From NCBI RefSeq assembly GCF_009914755.1, contig NC_060935.1: DNA of 64,000 bases; one strand, written 5' to 3'. Shown here one piece after another: positions 63,290 to 64,000 of the stretch. The stretch comes from the human T2T-CHM13v2.0 reference genome, Homo sapiens. The notes under the pieces are model-generated. The model was not told the origin of the DNA. It was given only the letters and a program-made list of their open reading frames with translations, and did not search any database. Within the stretch, counting starts at the first letter, position 1, and each line of letters opens with the position of its first letter. The position numbers and the translations under genes were made by a program.

Positions 63290-63832
63290 TGATAGTCCCT
63301 TCTTATCCATGGTTTCACTTTCAGCAGTTTTAGTTACTCATGGTCAACTGTGATCTGAAAATATTAAATGGAAAATTCCAGAGACAAACAGTTCATGAGT
63401 TTTAAATTTCACACTATTTTGAAATCTCAGGTCATCTCACTCTGTCCTGCCCGGGGCCTGAATCATCCCTCTGTTCAACATCTTAATGCTGTAAATGCTT
63501 CCCACCCATTAGTCACTTAGAAGCCATCTTGGCGATCAGACTGACTGTTATAGTATCTGAGGGCTCGGGTTCAAGTAACTCATGTTTTTACTTAATAATG
63601 TCCCCAAAGCACAACAGTGGTAATACTAGCATATTGTTATAATTGTTCTATTTTGTTTTTACTACTGTTAATCTCTTACTATGCCTGATTTATAAATTAT
63701 ACTTGATCATAGGTATGTATATACAGAAAAGCAACATAGTTTATGTAGGGTGTGTGTGGTACTATCTGTTGTTTTAGGCATCCATTGGGGGTCTTGGAAT
63801 GTATCTCTCATGGACAAGGTGAAGGTAGTATA
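63290..63832. mobile_element. MER44B-like (TcMar-Tigger) element
   Basis: 'agtcccttcttatccatggtttcactttc...atattaaatggaaaattccaga...aggcatccattgggggtcttggaatgtatc'. Confidence 0.85.
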
Positions 63833-63834
63833 AT

Positions 63835-64000
63835 TTAGCAGTGTAGAAAGGGCAGTTCTTGAAATCAGACAGACATTTAAACTCTGGCTTGAAAATCAGA
63901 GCAAGTTATTTATCTTTCCAGGCCCCAATTATCTCATTTCTAAAACAGAAAATAATGCCCCTTCGTTCATGAGTTGATCATGAGGATTAAATGAAAAATA
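63835..64000 (+). mobile_element. MIR SINE running off the window end
   Basis: 'gcaagttatttatctttc...ctcatttctaaaacagaaaataat...catgaggattaaatga'. Confidence 0.75.

Overview
AT-rich, repeat-dense primate (human-like) genomic DNA, either intronic or intergenic. I find no credible cellular protein-coding gene, RNA gene or CRISPR array; the ORF track is noise or decayed retroelement sequence. Transposable elements dominate. There are four two-LTR retroviral structures: an internally deleted HERV-L/MLT2A (9.7-11.8 kb), a tRNA-Pro-primed HERV-IP-group provirus missing pro/RT/RNaseH inside an L1 (35.6-41.4 kb), an ancient LTR16/ERVL relic (48.9-51.7 kb) and a full THE1A (51.9-54.2 kb). Solo LTRs include MER41B, MER11, LTR12C, MLT2, MSTA and THE1D. 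L1, L2, MIR, Alu and DNA-transposon fossils fill most of the rest, many nested with readable TSDs. Family names come from my recall of consensus sequences, not from a search. I did not find a convincing new biological system. The best leads are: a spacerless 42-bp perfect palindrome (61167-61208); a CpG-retaining unique domain with strong splice signals between inverted Alus (57.5-60.6 kb); an unexplained ~100-bp filler at the provirus deletion junction; a 34/68-bp higher-order minisatellite born inside an MSTA LTR; and a candidate tandem micro-exon pair at 4.5 kb.
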